The notes under the pieces are model-generated. The model saw only the letters and a program-made list of their open reading frames with translations. It was not told where the DNA came from and searched no databases. A DNA stretch of 64,000 nt from Verrucomicrobiota bacterium (GTDB taxonomy: Bacteria; Verrucomicrobiota; Verrucomicrobiia; Limisphaerales; JADLHS01). The DNA lies in contig JBDHQI010000006.1 in NCBI GenBank assembly GCA_039806955.1, positions 16,324 through 80,323 on the forward strand. Reading direction: 5' to 3'. The translations under genes were made by a program, and so were the position numbers. Shown one piece after another: positions 18,485 to 27,939 of this stretch. How positions within the stretch are numbered: position 1 is the stretch's first letter; each line of letters begins with the position of its first letter.

Positions 18485-19955
18485 CCACCGACAGGGACGA
18501 ATAACCTATGATTTGCAGGCCATCACCCGGATACCAGCTACCGATTGGGGGAAGGTTTTGCTTCGCATAGTTGATTGAATAGTTCAAGTCGTAATCAGCA
18601 GCATCCCAGTAAAACAAGAAGTTGAGGATAAAACCACCTGCCTGCCATGCGATTGTGTCATCATAAAGCACACCGTTCCTGTAAACAGGACCGCCTACAG
18701 TATAGTAGGTTTGTCGGTCGTAGCCACAGAACGCCGCCGGGCGAATGCCGGTGCTCTGATAGTAGGTAATATCAAATCTGCCCGGCCCATTGATTCCGAA
18801 AGCCTTATCCCAACTTCCCTTGGCGGTGTCGCAGCCGTCAAGGAAGACGAAGCGATAGCGATGCTTCACATACTTATTCACGTCAGATGCCGGAAAACCG
18901 CCCGCAACAGTGCTTGGACTACCATGCGAGCTTAGGTAGAGATTTCGGCAAGCCGTGTTTGTCAAGAACCGCAGGAATAACGCGTGGTCTTTGCCAATGG
19001 CTTCGCTCGTAATGGTAGCGTCGTAATGATTGTCCTTTTGAAAGCGAATGGGGTATGTCTGCCCAATATCATTGGTTTGGCCCGGTTGAGGGTAGTAAAG
19101 CTGATAGCCTCCGTGAGCTTGGGCCGTGTAGGCGAAACTGTTGATTGACCCTTTCATGTAATTCTGGTCGTCATATTCAAACTTGAAGAAGTCCTGATAT
19201 GCAATTGTCCAAACACCGTGTTCCGGCCAATCCTTCCGACGCTGGTTCTTCCGTGGTGTTTTCTTCGTGGCCGGGTCGCTGACGGTAATGATGGAATCAA
19301 AATATGGGTCAACATCAGCGTTCGTTCGGGCAACATTGTTGATGTCCACCATGTTCCAGTAGGCCGTAATCGTGCCGTCTGTTGTGTGGCCCGTCAGTGT
19401 TTGAACCAAATTGCTGCTCGCGTCATAGATGTCAATTGTCCAATCGCCAACCGTGCAAATGGTTTTGGCGAAATAGGCAGAAATGTTCAACTCACCGATT
19501 TCCGGCTCCCATTGCGGGTAGTAGATGTCATTGGTGACTTCAATGCTTATCGCGTCGCTGTAGCGAGTGAAAAACGGATGATTATTATCGGTATTATCTG
19601 GGTTTTGCCATGTGACTTCAACCCAGATTGTGTGGTTTCCGTTTTCCAAATACCCAGTATCCATTGCGAATTGCCACGGGTGACCAGCCGGAGTGCTAAG
19701 CACCCCATCACCCACAGCGGAGACGCGGACGAGCAGTTTGAGCTTGGCGAGCAAGGCCAGCGTATCGGCGTGCCCCCTCAACTTTCGCAAGATGTAGTAA
19801 AGGTTGCTGAACGACAGTGACGAAACACAGACGGTCAGTTTGCCAAGCTCGGCCAGGGCAAGTATCCGATGGACGTATTCGGCGAAGGGTTGGCGGTCAG
19901 CCAGGTGATCCAGCGCGACATCGGTGTCCAGGAAGATTTTATCCTTGGAGGCCAT
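18453..19955 (-). CDS. Chimeric ORF: truncated PIN/VapC N-terminus (aa 1-~88) fused in-frame to an Ig-like + gingipain (C25)-like His/Cys-dyad domain protein
   Basis: PIN start KIFLDTDVALDHL...VSSLSFSNLYYILRKL. From ~aa 90 the sequence is unrelated and low-GC, with LYLSSHGSPSTV (His344) and FVFLDGCDTAKG (Cys375) 31 residues apart, as in clan CD/C25 peptidases. An internal ATG at 19664 is an alternative start. Confidence 0.6.
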   Translation of the reverse strand: MASKDKIFLDTDVALDHLADRQPFAEYVHRILALAELGKLTVCVSSLSFSNLYYILRKLRGHADTLALLAKLKLLVRVSAVGDGVLSTPAGHPWQFAMDTGYLENGNHTIWVEVTWQNPDNTDNNHPFFTRYSDAISIEVTNDIYYPQWEPEIGELNISAYFAKTICTVGDWTIDIYDASSNLVQTLTGHTTDGTITAYWNMVDINNVARTNADVDPYFDSIITVSDPATKKTPRKNQRRKDWPEHGVWTIAYQDFFKFEYDDQNYMKGSINSFAYTAQAHGGYQLYYPQPGQTNDIGQTYPIRFQKDNHYDATITSEAIGKDHALFLRFLTNTACRNLYLSSHGSPSTVAGGFPASDVNKYVKHRYRFVFLDGCDTAKGSWDKAFGINGPGRFDITYYQSTGIRPAAFCGYDRQTYYTVGGPVYRNGVLYDDTIAWQAGGFILNFLFYWDAADYDLNYSINYAKQNLPPIGSWYPGDGLQIIGYSSLSVDGYNHKTDWQ

Positions 19956-20196
19956 GCTCCTTCTGCAATTCGTCCGTCAAGGCGGTGGGCGCGGTGAAAT
20001 CCGCAGGCAGCTTGACCGCGCCGCGCAACGCATCCGTCACCGGGGTTCTGCCCGCGCAGCTCTCCTGCCAGTTTCGGGCCATCACGCGCAATTGCTGCGC
20101 GACAATTTCCGGCAGCGTAGTGTGCCGCGCCTTGGCCTCCAGTTCTGCTGATTGCAGAACATCGGAATCCAATTGAATAGTCAGTGTCGCGCTCAT
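19939..20196 (-). CDS. Antitoxin-like protein upstream of the PIN fragment (VapB-type partner)
   Basis: 85 aa, MSATLTIQLDSDVLQSAELEAKARHTTLPEIVAQQL. Overlaps the PIN ORF start by 17 nt, the typical antitoxin-toxin arrangement. Confidence 0.6.
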   Translation of the reverse strand: MSATLTIQLDSDVLQSAELEAKARHTTLPEIVAQQLRVMARNWQESCAGRTPVTDALRGAVKLPADFTAPTALTDELQKEHGLQG

Positions 20197-20264
20197 GGCG
20201 GGAAAGGTAGCCTGTCTTACGCCCAACGACAAGCCCGCAAACCGCCGCTTCTCGAAGGAGTTTC

Positions 20265-20323
20265 AATTATTCGAGTTCAGAAATGGCGAACCACGAAATA
20301 CACGAAGCACACGAAAAGGGAAT
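20265..20323. repeat. Direct repeat copy A ('GAACCACGAAATACACGAAGCACACGAAAAG' family)
   Basis: 54 of 59 nt identical to 20962-21019/20 by my manual alignment. Confidence 0.8.
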
Positions 20324-20356
20324 GGAGAAATTCTTTCTCGTCCCGACAGGAGCGGC

Positions 20357-20650
20357 TCATTTCAGCAGTTCAGTGATGTCGCGATAGCCGCTCAAGATGC
20401 GAACCACTTCCAGCGGGCGCGTCGTGGGGTCGTAAATAATCAGGTAGGAGTAGACGCACCAGAATCGAACTGGCTTGGATGTGAGATCGCTCCGCCAATG
20501 ACCGAGTTCGGGTTGTTTGGACAGCATCAAGACGGCTTCCTTGATCTCCTGCTCGACGCGATCCGCCGCGTCAAGGTTGTCCCGCGCGATGTATTCCCAA
20601 ATCTCCAGCAGATCGAGCCGAGCCGCTGGCGAATAGAAGAATTCAGCCAT
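20357..20650 (-). CDS. parE: ParE-family toxin
   Basis: MAEFFYSPAARLDLLEIWEYIARDN...YLIIYDPTTRPLEVVRILSGYRDI, the ParE/RelE fold signature. 8-nt overlap with the upstream antitoxin. Confidence 0.85.
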   Translation of the reverse strand: MAEFFYSPAARLDLLEIWEYIARDNLDAADRVEQEIKEAVLMLSKQPELGHWRSDLTSKPVRFWCVYSYLIIYDPTTRPLEVVRILSGYRDITELLK

Positions 20651-20879
20651 TTTGCTCCGCGCGGCGTTGACGGCTGCGTTCACGAATTTCCGCGTGAACC
20701 TGCTCGCCGGGAATCTTCTCGCCCCGCCGCAATTGTGTCAGTCCCACTTCGATTTCCGCATCCAGCTTCTGGCGCAGTGCTTCCCGGCTCTCGCGTTGTT
20801 CCAGCCATTCCAGCAGGGCCTCCGCCTGGGTTTCATTCAAGCGTTTGACCTTCTCGACGGCAAATTCGATGCGGCTCAT
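20643..20879 (-). CDS. parD: ParD-like antitoxin
   Basis: 78 aa. LRQKLDAEIEVGLTQLRRGEKIPGEQVHAEIRER resembles the ParD-type C-terminal region. Position and overlap with parE support the call. Confidence 0.72.
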   Translation of the reverse strand: MSRIEFAVEKVKRLNETQAEALLEWLEQRESREALRQKLDAEIEVGLTQLRRGEKIPGEQVHAEIRERSRQRRAEQNG

Positions 20880-20961
20880 GCGGCACAAGCTACCGCGATT
20901 TAAGCAGAACAACAAGTGCCAAGCGAGACAGTGCAACAGCAGGCGAATTTGTTGGTTTCGC

Positions 20962-21019
20962 GTTCAAAAATGGTGAACCACGAAATACACGAAGCACATG
21001 AAAAGTGAACGGAGAAATT
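20962..21019. repeat. Direct repeat copy B
   Basis: See copy A. The ORF-track ATG at 20998 lies inside this repeat. Confidence 0.8.
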
Positions 21020-21069
21020 TTGACTTCAGGCAAAACTCACAGTTGGGTAATATTCGGTTAGGTCGAATT

Positions 21070-22629
21070 ATGAAAGGGAACCCCTTTGCGCTCGCTTTGT
21101 TTGCTCTTACGTTTGCCGTCGCGACGACACGCGCTCAAGATTTTTGGACCAACCGCTTTGACGGATTGGGGAACAACACAGACCAAGCTTGGGCTATTGC
21201 TGTGGATGGAAATGGTAACGCATTTGTGACAGGAAGTTCAGACCGGAATGCCACTGGTTACAGCGGTTATGATTATGCGACGATCAAGTATTCCTCCGAT
21301 GGGTTGTCGTTGTGGACGAATTACTATAACGGAGTTGGGGATGGTGAAGATGAACCCCGGGCCATCGCAGTAGACCACAACGGGGATGTTTTTGTGACCG
21401 GACAAGCGTTTGGTGATGGCAGCTCTGTTGATTACGCGACGATCAAGTATTCCAATAATGGAACGTCGGTGTGGACAAATTGCTACAACGGGATTGGGTC
21501 TGGTTATGATCAGGCCAACGCCATAGCGGTGGATGTCCTCGGCAGCGTGTATGTGACAGGCTATTCGCAGGGCAGCGGAAGTGATGGCGAATGCGTAACG
21601 ATCAAGTACTCAAGCCTCGGTATGCCGCTATGGACAAATCGGTACGGCGCAGGGTACGGTGATGATGTTGGCCGAGCCATTGCGGTGAACAGCAGCAATG
21701 ATGTGTTTGTGGCAGGGTTTTCAGTTGGTGATGGCAGTGGTTGGGATTATGTGACGATCAAATACACCAGTGACGGTGTTCCGTTGTGGACGAATCGCTA
21801 CAACGGGCCAGCAAATAGCGACGACTACGCCTCTGCCATGGCAGTGGATGTTGGCGGTAACGTAATTGTGACAGGGTTTTCATACAACGGTCTTTCGTAT
21901 GACTATGCCACGATTAAGTATTCGAGTGGTGGTTTGCTCTTGTGGACGAACTGTTACAACGGCCCGGGGAACGGCACTGATTTGGCCCGCGCTATTGTGG
22001 TGGACGGTGGTGGCAACGCGTTTGTTGCTGGATCTTCTAGCAGCCTGTCGGACTTAGGGAATGGCTATCCAGGTTACTTAACGATCAAGTACTCAAACGA
22101 TGGGGTGCCGCTGTGGACGAACCGATACGATATCTCAGGGACTGGCGCTGGCGAAGCACGCGCGATTGCGGTGGATGGCAGCGGCAATGTGATTGTTACA
22201 GGAGGGGCCGCTGGTTATGCGACGATTAAGTATTCCAATAGTGGAGTGCCATTGTGGACGAACCGGTGTAATGGTCCGGGGAATGGTCTGGGCGAGGCTC
22301 GTGCCGTCGCGTTGAGTGGTAACGGTGATGTTTTCGTGACGGGCTATTTGACAGGATACGGCAGTGATTATGATTACGTGACAATCAAATATGCTGCGGT
22401 GCCGCTTCCGCAAATTGCCGTCTTGGAAAATCCGCGCGCAAGCGCTGGAGAATTTTCTTTCGATCTTGTCGCCGAACGCGGCGGGCAATTTGCCATCCAA
22501 GTTTCCACCAACCTTATGAATTGGGACGCGGTTCGCCAAGTAACCATTCCCGCCAGCGGCAGTACGAACATTGTGGAAACGCTGTCGTCCGAAGTCGGTC
22601 AAACCTATTACCGCGCCCTGCGGCAATAA
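21070..22629 (+). CDS. Secreted SBBP (beta-propeller) repeat protein with C-terminal '...FYR' sandwich-like module
   Basis: Signal peptide MKGNPFALALFALTFAVATTRAQ. About 9 repeats of [A]IAVD..GNVFVTG.S.....DY.TIKYS..G..LWTN.YNG. C-terminal module FSFDLVAERGGQFAIQVSTNLMNWD...QTYYRALRQ. Confidence 0.85.
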   Translation: MKGNPFALALFALTFAVATTRAQDFWTNRFDGLGNNTDQAWAIAVDGNGNAFVTGSSDRNATGYSGYDYATIKYSSDGLSLWTNYYNGVGDGEDEPRAIAVDHNGDVFVTGQAFGDGSSVDYATIKYSNNGTSVWTNCYNGIGSGYDQANAIAVDVLGSVYVTGYSQGSGSDGECVTIKYSSLGMPLWTNRYGAGYGDDVGRAIAVNSSNDVFVAGFSVGDGSGWDYVTIKYTSDGVPLWTNRYNGPANSDDYASAMAVDVGGNVIVTGFSYNGLSYDYATIKYSSGGLLLWTNCYNGPGNGTDLARAIVVDGGGNAFVAGSSSSLSDLGNGYPGYLTIKYSNDGVPLWTNRYDISGTGAGEARAIAVDGSGNVIVTGGAAGYATIKYSNSGVPLWTNRCNGPGNGLGEARAVALSGNGDVFVTGYLTGYGSDYDYVTIKYAAVPLPQIAVLENPRASAGEFSFDLVAERGGQFAIQVSTNLMNWDAVRQVTIPASGSTNIVETLSSEVGQTYYRALRQ

Positions 22630-22658
22630 TTCCGTCAAGCTTCGAGTTGTATATTTTC

Positions 22659-22730
22659 AATGCCAAGACGCAAAGGCGCAAAGATTTTTTCCGTTTCCAT
22701 TGCGTCTCCGCGTCTTTGCGCCTTGGCGTT
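22659..22730. repeat. Imperfect palindromic 'CGCAAAG' element; probable terminator hairpin after the SBBP gene
   Basis: aatgccaagacgcaaaggcgcaaagat ... gcgtctccgcgtctttgcgccttggcgtt. The arms match at ~19 of 22 positions around a T-rich loop. Confidence 0.55.
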
Positions 22731-22872
22731 TGATTCGGAATATGTCGCTCCTGACGGAGCTAAGGAGGTTGGGGGAATTCTGGTTCTACAAAGATGCCCG
22801 TCTACAGCGCTTTGGTAGTGAGGGAAATCTTTTATGTCTTTTGCGCTGCTTTGCGGCTATTAAATCGGCGGC

Positions 22873-23832
22873 GTGAAACCATTGACGAGTTACACTTGCA
22901 AGCTGACGGAGGAACAGGCGGCGGCGTTGAAGGCGTGTCTGGACGCGCGGCATTTCACGCCGCGCGAGGTGCCGTACGCGCGGTTTGCGGGCGAGAAGGA
23001 AAAAATCAACGTGGTGTTTTACGAGAGCGGCAAGCTCGTGGTGCAAGGGAAGGGGACGCAGGAGTTCATCGAGTTCGTGTTGGAGCCGGAGGTGTTGCAG
23101 CAGGCGCGGCTGGGCTACGAGGCGGTGTTAAATCCTGAGTTGTTGCTGCCACGCATCGGCGTGGATGAAAGCGGCAAGGGCGATTTCTTCGGGCCGATGT
23201 GCGTGGCGGGCGTGTATGTGAACGAGTCGGTGCTTGCGGCGTGGAAGGATGTGGGCGTGCGCGACTCGAAGCATATTTCGAGCGATAAAAAAATTTCCGA
23301 GCTGGCAAAGTTGATCAAGGACACGCCCGATTGTGTGACGACGGTGGTGCCGATTGGCAACGAGGCTTACAATCGGTTGCATGCGAAGATGGGTAGCGTG
23401 AACGCGGTGCTGGCGTGGGGGCACGCGCGGGTGATCGAGAATTTGATGGGCCAGCGGCATCGCATGAATCCGCCACCGGTGCGGGCGATCAGCGACCAAT
23501 TCGCTTCCAGCAAAAAAGTGGTGGAGCAGGCCCTGATGCGTTTGGGGCGGGAATTGGAATTGGTGCAACGACACAAGGCGGAAGAGGATCTGGCCGTGGC
23601 GGCGGCTTCGATTCTGGCGCGGGATGAATTTGTGCGGCGGCTGGCGGCGTTGGGCAAGGAGTTTGAGGTGGAATTGCCCAAAGGTGCGGGAACGAATGTG
23701 GATGCGGTGGCGAAGGAATTATTTGCACAGCATGGGGTGACGGTGTTGGAAAAAGTGGCCAAGATGCATTTTCGCACGGCGTTGCGGGCGCAGGGGTTGC
23801 CGGAGCTGCCGAAAGCCGAATGGCGACGATGA
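22873..23832 (+). CDS. rnhC: Ribonuclease HIII
   Basis: N-terminal TBP-like domain (KINVVFYESGKLVVQGKG), RNase HII/HIII core IGVDESGKGDFFGPMCVAGVYV and DSKHIS. GTG start. Confidence 0.9.
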   Translation: MKPLTSYTCKLTEEQAAALKACLDARHFTPREVPYARFAGEKEKINVVFYESGKLVVQGKGTQEFIEFVLEPEVLQQARLGYEAVLNPELLLPRIGVDESGKGDFFGPMCVAGVYVNESVLAAWKDVGVRDSKHISSDKKISELAKLIKDTPDCVTTVVPIGNEAYNRLHAKMGSVNAVLAWGHARVIENLMGQRHRMNPPPVRAISDQFASSKKVVEQALMRLGRELELVQRHKAEEDLAVAAASILARDEFVRRLAALGKEFEVELPKGAGTNVDAVAKELFAQHGVTVLEKVAKMHFRTALRAQGLPELPKAEWRR

Positions 23833-24005
23833 TCCGTTGCGGTGAGTTGTAGCGGCTACAGAAAAAATCTGCCGTGGGGGAGCGGAGGGCGTTTTTGGAT
23901 TTGGGGAATTTTGAAGTTTGAATGGCGGCATAACCGATATTCTATAAATAACTTGCAGCGGTGGAGCGGATCGGCGGACGGCGTTAAAAATTCTTAAATC
24001 GTTAG

Positions 24006-24034
24006 TTGACACTTTTTTGTAGGTTTTCTATTTT
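24006..24034 (+). promoter_or_regulatory. Sigma-70-like promoter candidate for the tRNA-Thr/tuf unit
   Basis: TTGACA (24006-24011), a 17-nt spacer, then TATTTT (24029-24034), ~125 nt upstream of tRNA-Thr. Confidence 0.35.
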
Positions 24035-24160
24035 GCCTCCCGTCTTAGAGCCGTAATCGAGACAAAGTTACCAAAACTCTCCGGTTTTCTTCGCAAGAAA
24101 AATGGTGTGAGGTTGGCTTTTTGTCGTTTTACGCATCAGGATGACAGATAAGTTCGGGAC

Positions 24161-24236
24161 GCCCATGTAGCTCAGTTGGTAGAGCACGTCCTTGGTAAGG
24201 ACGAGGTCATCAGTTCAATCCTGATCATGGGCTCCA
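24161..24236 (+). tRNA. tRNA-Thr (anticodon GGU)
   Basis: Acceptor GCCCATG/CATGGGC, anticodon loop TTGGTAA, T-loop GTTCAATCC, encoded CCA. Confidence 0.95.
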
Positions 24237-24313
24237 TGGAGAACGAGTGATTTAAGTTTAGTGACGCACTTAACAAAACGCTAAAGAGAACATAACGAAC
24301 GCAGGAGAATAAA

Positions 24314-25501
<1,188 letters not shown>

Positions 25502-25525
25502 ACGGGAGTGAGGATTTATTGACGT

Positions 25526-25557
25526 GGAGGCGACAGGAACGTCTGTCGCCTCCTTTT
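25526..25557 (+). terminator. Intrinsic terminator after tuf
   Basis: GGAGGCGACAG-gaacgt-CTGTCGCCTCC followed by TTTT. Confidence 0.7.
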
Positions 25558-25588
25558 AGTCCAGTTGAGAGTCCGGTGAATTTGTCGT

Positions 25589-25664
25589 AGGGCGTTAGCT
25601 CAATTGGTAGAGTAGCGGTCTCCAAAACCGTTGGTTGCAGGTTCGACTCCTGCACGCCCTGCCA
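25589..25664 (+). tRNA. tRNA-Trp (anticodon CCA)
   Basis: Acceptor AGGGCGT/ACGCCCT, anticodon loop CTCCAAA, T-loop GTTCGACTC, encoded CCA. Confidence 0.95.
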
Positions 25665-25718
25665 GACTGAAAGTTGAGGGCCGCGGCTGGAACGGTCGAA
25701 TAGGCCATCAACTGCCGG

Positions 25719-25808
25719 GGAGAGGTGGCAGAGTGGTCTATCGCGGCGGTCTTGAAAACCGCTGTGGGTTAACACCCACCGGGGGTTCGAATCCCTCCCT
25801 CTCCGCCA
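25719..25808 (+). tRNA. tRNA-Ser (anticodon UGA), class II with long variable arm
   Basis: Acceptor GGAGAGG/CCTCTCC, anticodon loop CTTGAAA, variable arm TGTGGGTTAACACCCACCG, T-loop GTTCGAATC, encoded CCA. Confidence 0.93.
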
Positions 25809-25890
25809 GTCCCTCGAAGTGAGGAAGACGATGGCGGATGGGAAAATCGGCTGAGATCAGGATTGATCCGGTCAGAATAGGTTAGAATAA

Positions 25891-26133
25891 ATGAAACAGT
25901 TTATTTGGATCGGCGTACTGGCCATCATTTTCGGGTATCTATGGTGGCGAGGATATATCAAGCGTTTTGCGGCGTATTGGCAGCAAACGGTGGAAGAGTT
26001 GAAGAAGTGTGCCTGGCCCAACTGGGATGATCTTTCCGGCTCCACGATCCTCGTTCTGGTCGCCACATTTTTGCTGGCACTGTTCACCTTTATTGCGGAT
26101 CAAATATTTTTCGTGCTGTTCAAGACCGTTTAA
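25891..26133 (+). CDS. secE: Preprotein translocase subunit SecE
   Basis: 80-aa membrane protein immediately upstream of nusG. Conserved segment ...ELKKCAWPNWDDL..STILVLVATFLLALF. Confidence 0.85.
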   Translation: MKQFIWIGVLAIIFGYLWWRGYIKRFAAYWQQTVEELKKCAWPNWDDLSGSTILVLVATFLLALFTFIADQIFFVLFKTV

Positions 26134-26138
26134 GTGCC

Positions 26139-26687
26139 ATGAAGTCCCAATGGTTTGTCATCCATACGCTTTCCGGCCAGGAGCAGAAAGTCAAGGACAG
26201 CATCGAGAAGCGTCTCAAAACTGAGGAGATGCAGGAATACGTTCACGAAGTCCTTGTGCCGATGGAGAAAGTCGTGGAGGTGCGGAATCAGAAAAAGACC
26301 GTCACCACGCGCAAGCTGCACCCGGGTTACGTTTACATCCACATGGTTCTGCTGGATGAAAACCAACGGGTGATCCCCAAGCCATTTTATTTCATCAAGG
26401 AAACGCAGGGCGCGATCGGGTTTGTGGGCGGCGAACATCCGCACACCGCCACGGACGAGGAGATGGAGACCATCAAGGCGGCAGTCTCCGCCTCGGAAGA
26501 GACCGAGCGTCCGAAGATTGCCTTTAACGTGGGTGAAACGATCAAAATCAATAACGGACCGTTTCTCAACTTTAGCGGGGTGATCGAGGAAGTGGATCCG
26601 GACCGGGGCAAATTGAAGGTCACGGTGAACATCTTTGGCCGGAACACCCCGGTTGAACTTGAGTATTGGCAGGTGGAGAAAGCCTGA
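26139..26687 (+). CDS. nusG: Transcription termination/antitermination factor NusG
   Basis: WFVIHTLSGQEQKV NGN domain and a C-terminal KOW motif (GETIKINNGPFLNFSGVIEEVD). Confidence 0.96.
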   Translation: MKSQWFVIHTLSGQEQKVKDSIEKRLKTEEMQEYVHEVLVPMEKVVEVRNQKKTVTTRKLHPGYVYIHMVLLDENQRVIPKPFYFIKETQGAIGFVGGEHPHTATDEEMETIKAAVSASEETERPKIAFNVGETIKINNGPFLNFSGVIEEVDPDRGKLKVTVNIFGRNTPVELEYWQVEKA

Positions 26688-26773
26688 TATAATGCGCTCC
26701 CTGTCGTCAGGCAACCGGCTCTGAGGCAGCAACGATTTTAGAGTGAATTAAACGTTCGAATTGAAGCTTTTGT

Positions 26774-27199
26774 ATGGCGAAGAAAGTAACTGGTATCATT
26801 AAATTGCAAATCCCTGCCGGGCAGGCGAATCCCGCTCCTCCGGTCGGTCCCGCGCTCGGGCAGCACGGGGTGAACATCATGGGATTCTGCAAAGAATTTA
26901 ACGCGGCCACCAAGGGCGACGCGGGACTGGTGATTCCGGTGGTCATTACGGTTTACCAGGATAAATCCTTCACTTTCATAACCAAATCTCCCCCCGCCTC
27001 GATCTTGCTGAAAAAGGCGGCGGGAATCACGGCCGGCGCCAAAACCACCGGTAAAGAAAAAGTCGGCAAAGTTTCCCGCAAACAGGTGCTGGATATCGTC
27101 AAGATGAAAAAGAACGATATGAATGCGACTTCCGATGAAGCGGCGTTTCGCATTGTTTCCGGCACCGCTCGCAGCATGGGAATTGAAGTTGTTGGATAA
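26774..27199 (+). CDS. rplK: 50S ribosomal protein L11
   Basis: [35 protein letters not shown]. Confidence 0.98.
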   Translation: MAKKVTGIIKLQIPAGQANPAPPVGPALGQHGVNIMGFCKEFNAATKGDAGLVIPVVITVYQDKSFTFITKSPPASILLKKAAGITAGAKTTGKEKVGKVSRKQVLDIVKMKKNDMNATSDEAAFRIVSGTARSMGIEVVG

Positions 27200-27246
27200 A
27201 CCCCGAACGCGGGAGAGCTGAACGCTCGTTTGAACCGCTCGTCATC

Positions 27247-27939
27247 ATGCCAAGTAAACGATACAAAAAAGCACTGGAACAGGTGGACGCCAAGAAAGCG
27301 TATCCTCTTAAGGAAGCAGTTGGAATTCTCGCGAATTTTCCGAAAGCAAAATTTAACGAAACGGTGGATCTCGCCTTTCATCTGGGGGTGGACCCGAAGC
27401 AATCGGATCAAATGGTGCGTGGCACCGTTCCGTTGCCGCATGGCAGTGGCAAGGTGGTTCGCGTGCTGGTCTTTGCTCAGGGAGCGGCCGCTGATGCCGC
27501 AAAGGCGGCGGGCGCGGAATTTGTCGGATTTGAAGATTTAATTGCCCGCTGTAATGGCGGCTGGACGGATTTTGATGTGGCGGTTGCCACGCCGGGAGCG
27601 ATGGCGGAAGTCCGCAAGCTCGGTAAAGTGCTTGGTCCGCGTGGGCTGATGCCAAATCCAAAAACTGGCACCGTCACCGAAGACACGGCGAAGGCGGTTA
27701 AAGAGGTGAAGGCCGGACGGGTGGAGTTCAAGGTGGACAAAGCTGCAAACGTGCATGTTGCCATTGGCAAGACCAGTTTCAATGCCGAACAGATCGAAGC
27801 CAATGCGCGCGCCGTGATTGAAGCTGTGGTCAAAGCCAAACCCGCCAGCTTGAAGAGTGCGTACCTGAATAGCTGCACATTATCGGCGACGATGAGTCCG
27901 GGGGTGCGTGTGGATATTCGCGAGTTTGGTGCGGGTTAA
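27247..27939 (+). CDS. rplA: 50S ribosomal protein L1
   Basis: [34 protein letters not shown]...[15 protein letters not shown]. Confidence 0.98.
   Translation: MPSKRYKKALEQVDAKKAYPLKEAVGILANFPKAKFNETVDLAFHLGVDPKQSDQMVRGTVPLPHGSGKVVRVLVFAQGAAADAAKAAGAEFVGFEDLIARCNGGWTDFDVAVATPGAMAEVRKLGKVLGPRGLMPNPKTGTVTEDTAKAVKEVKAGRVEFKVDKAANVHVAIGKTSFNAEQIEANARAVIEAVVKAKPASLKSAYLNSCTLSATMSPGVRVDIREFGAG

Noticed and set aside
20998-21069. Upstream ATG start (20998) for the SBBP-repeat gene
   Set aside because: That ATG lies inside direct repeat copy B. The ATG at 21070 gives a canonical signal peptide (MKGNPFALALFALTFAVATTRAQ).
16899-22730. Calling the accessory islet a prophage, integron or transposon
   Set aside because: No integrase, transposase, recombinase, attC-like sites or phage structural genes are recognisable. 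tRNA genes are not adjacent. Only compositional and repeat evidence exists, so it is reported as an islet, not as a mobile element.
22786-23138. ORFs 22786-23046 (-) and 22794-23138 (+) around the rnhC start
   Set aside because: They overlap the well-supported RNase HIII gene and the repeat-containing spacer. The translations are Arg/Ala-rich with no motifs.
25719-25808. Possibility that the long-variable-arm tRNA is tRNA-Sec
   Set aside because: The anticodon reads UGA (decodes UCA, Ser), not UCA. The acceptor stem is the standard 7 bp. No selA/selB/selD genes are in the window.
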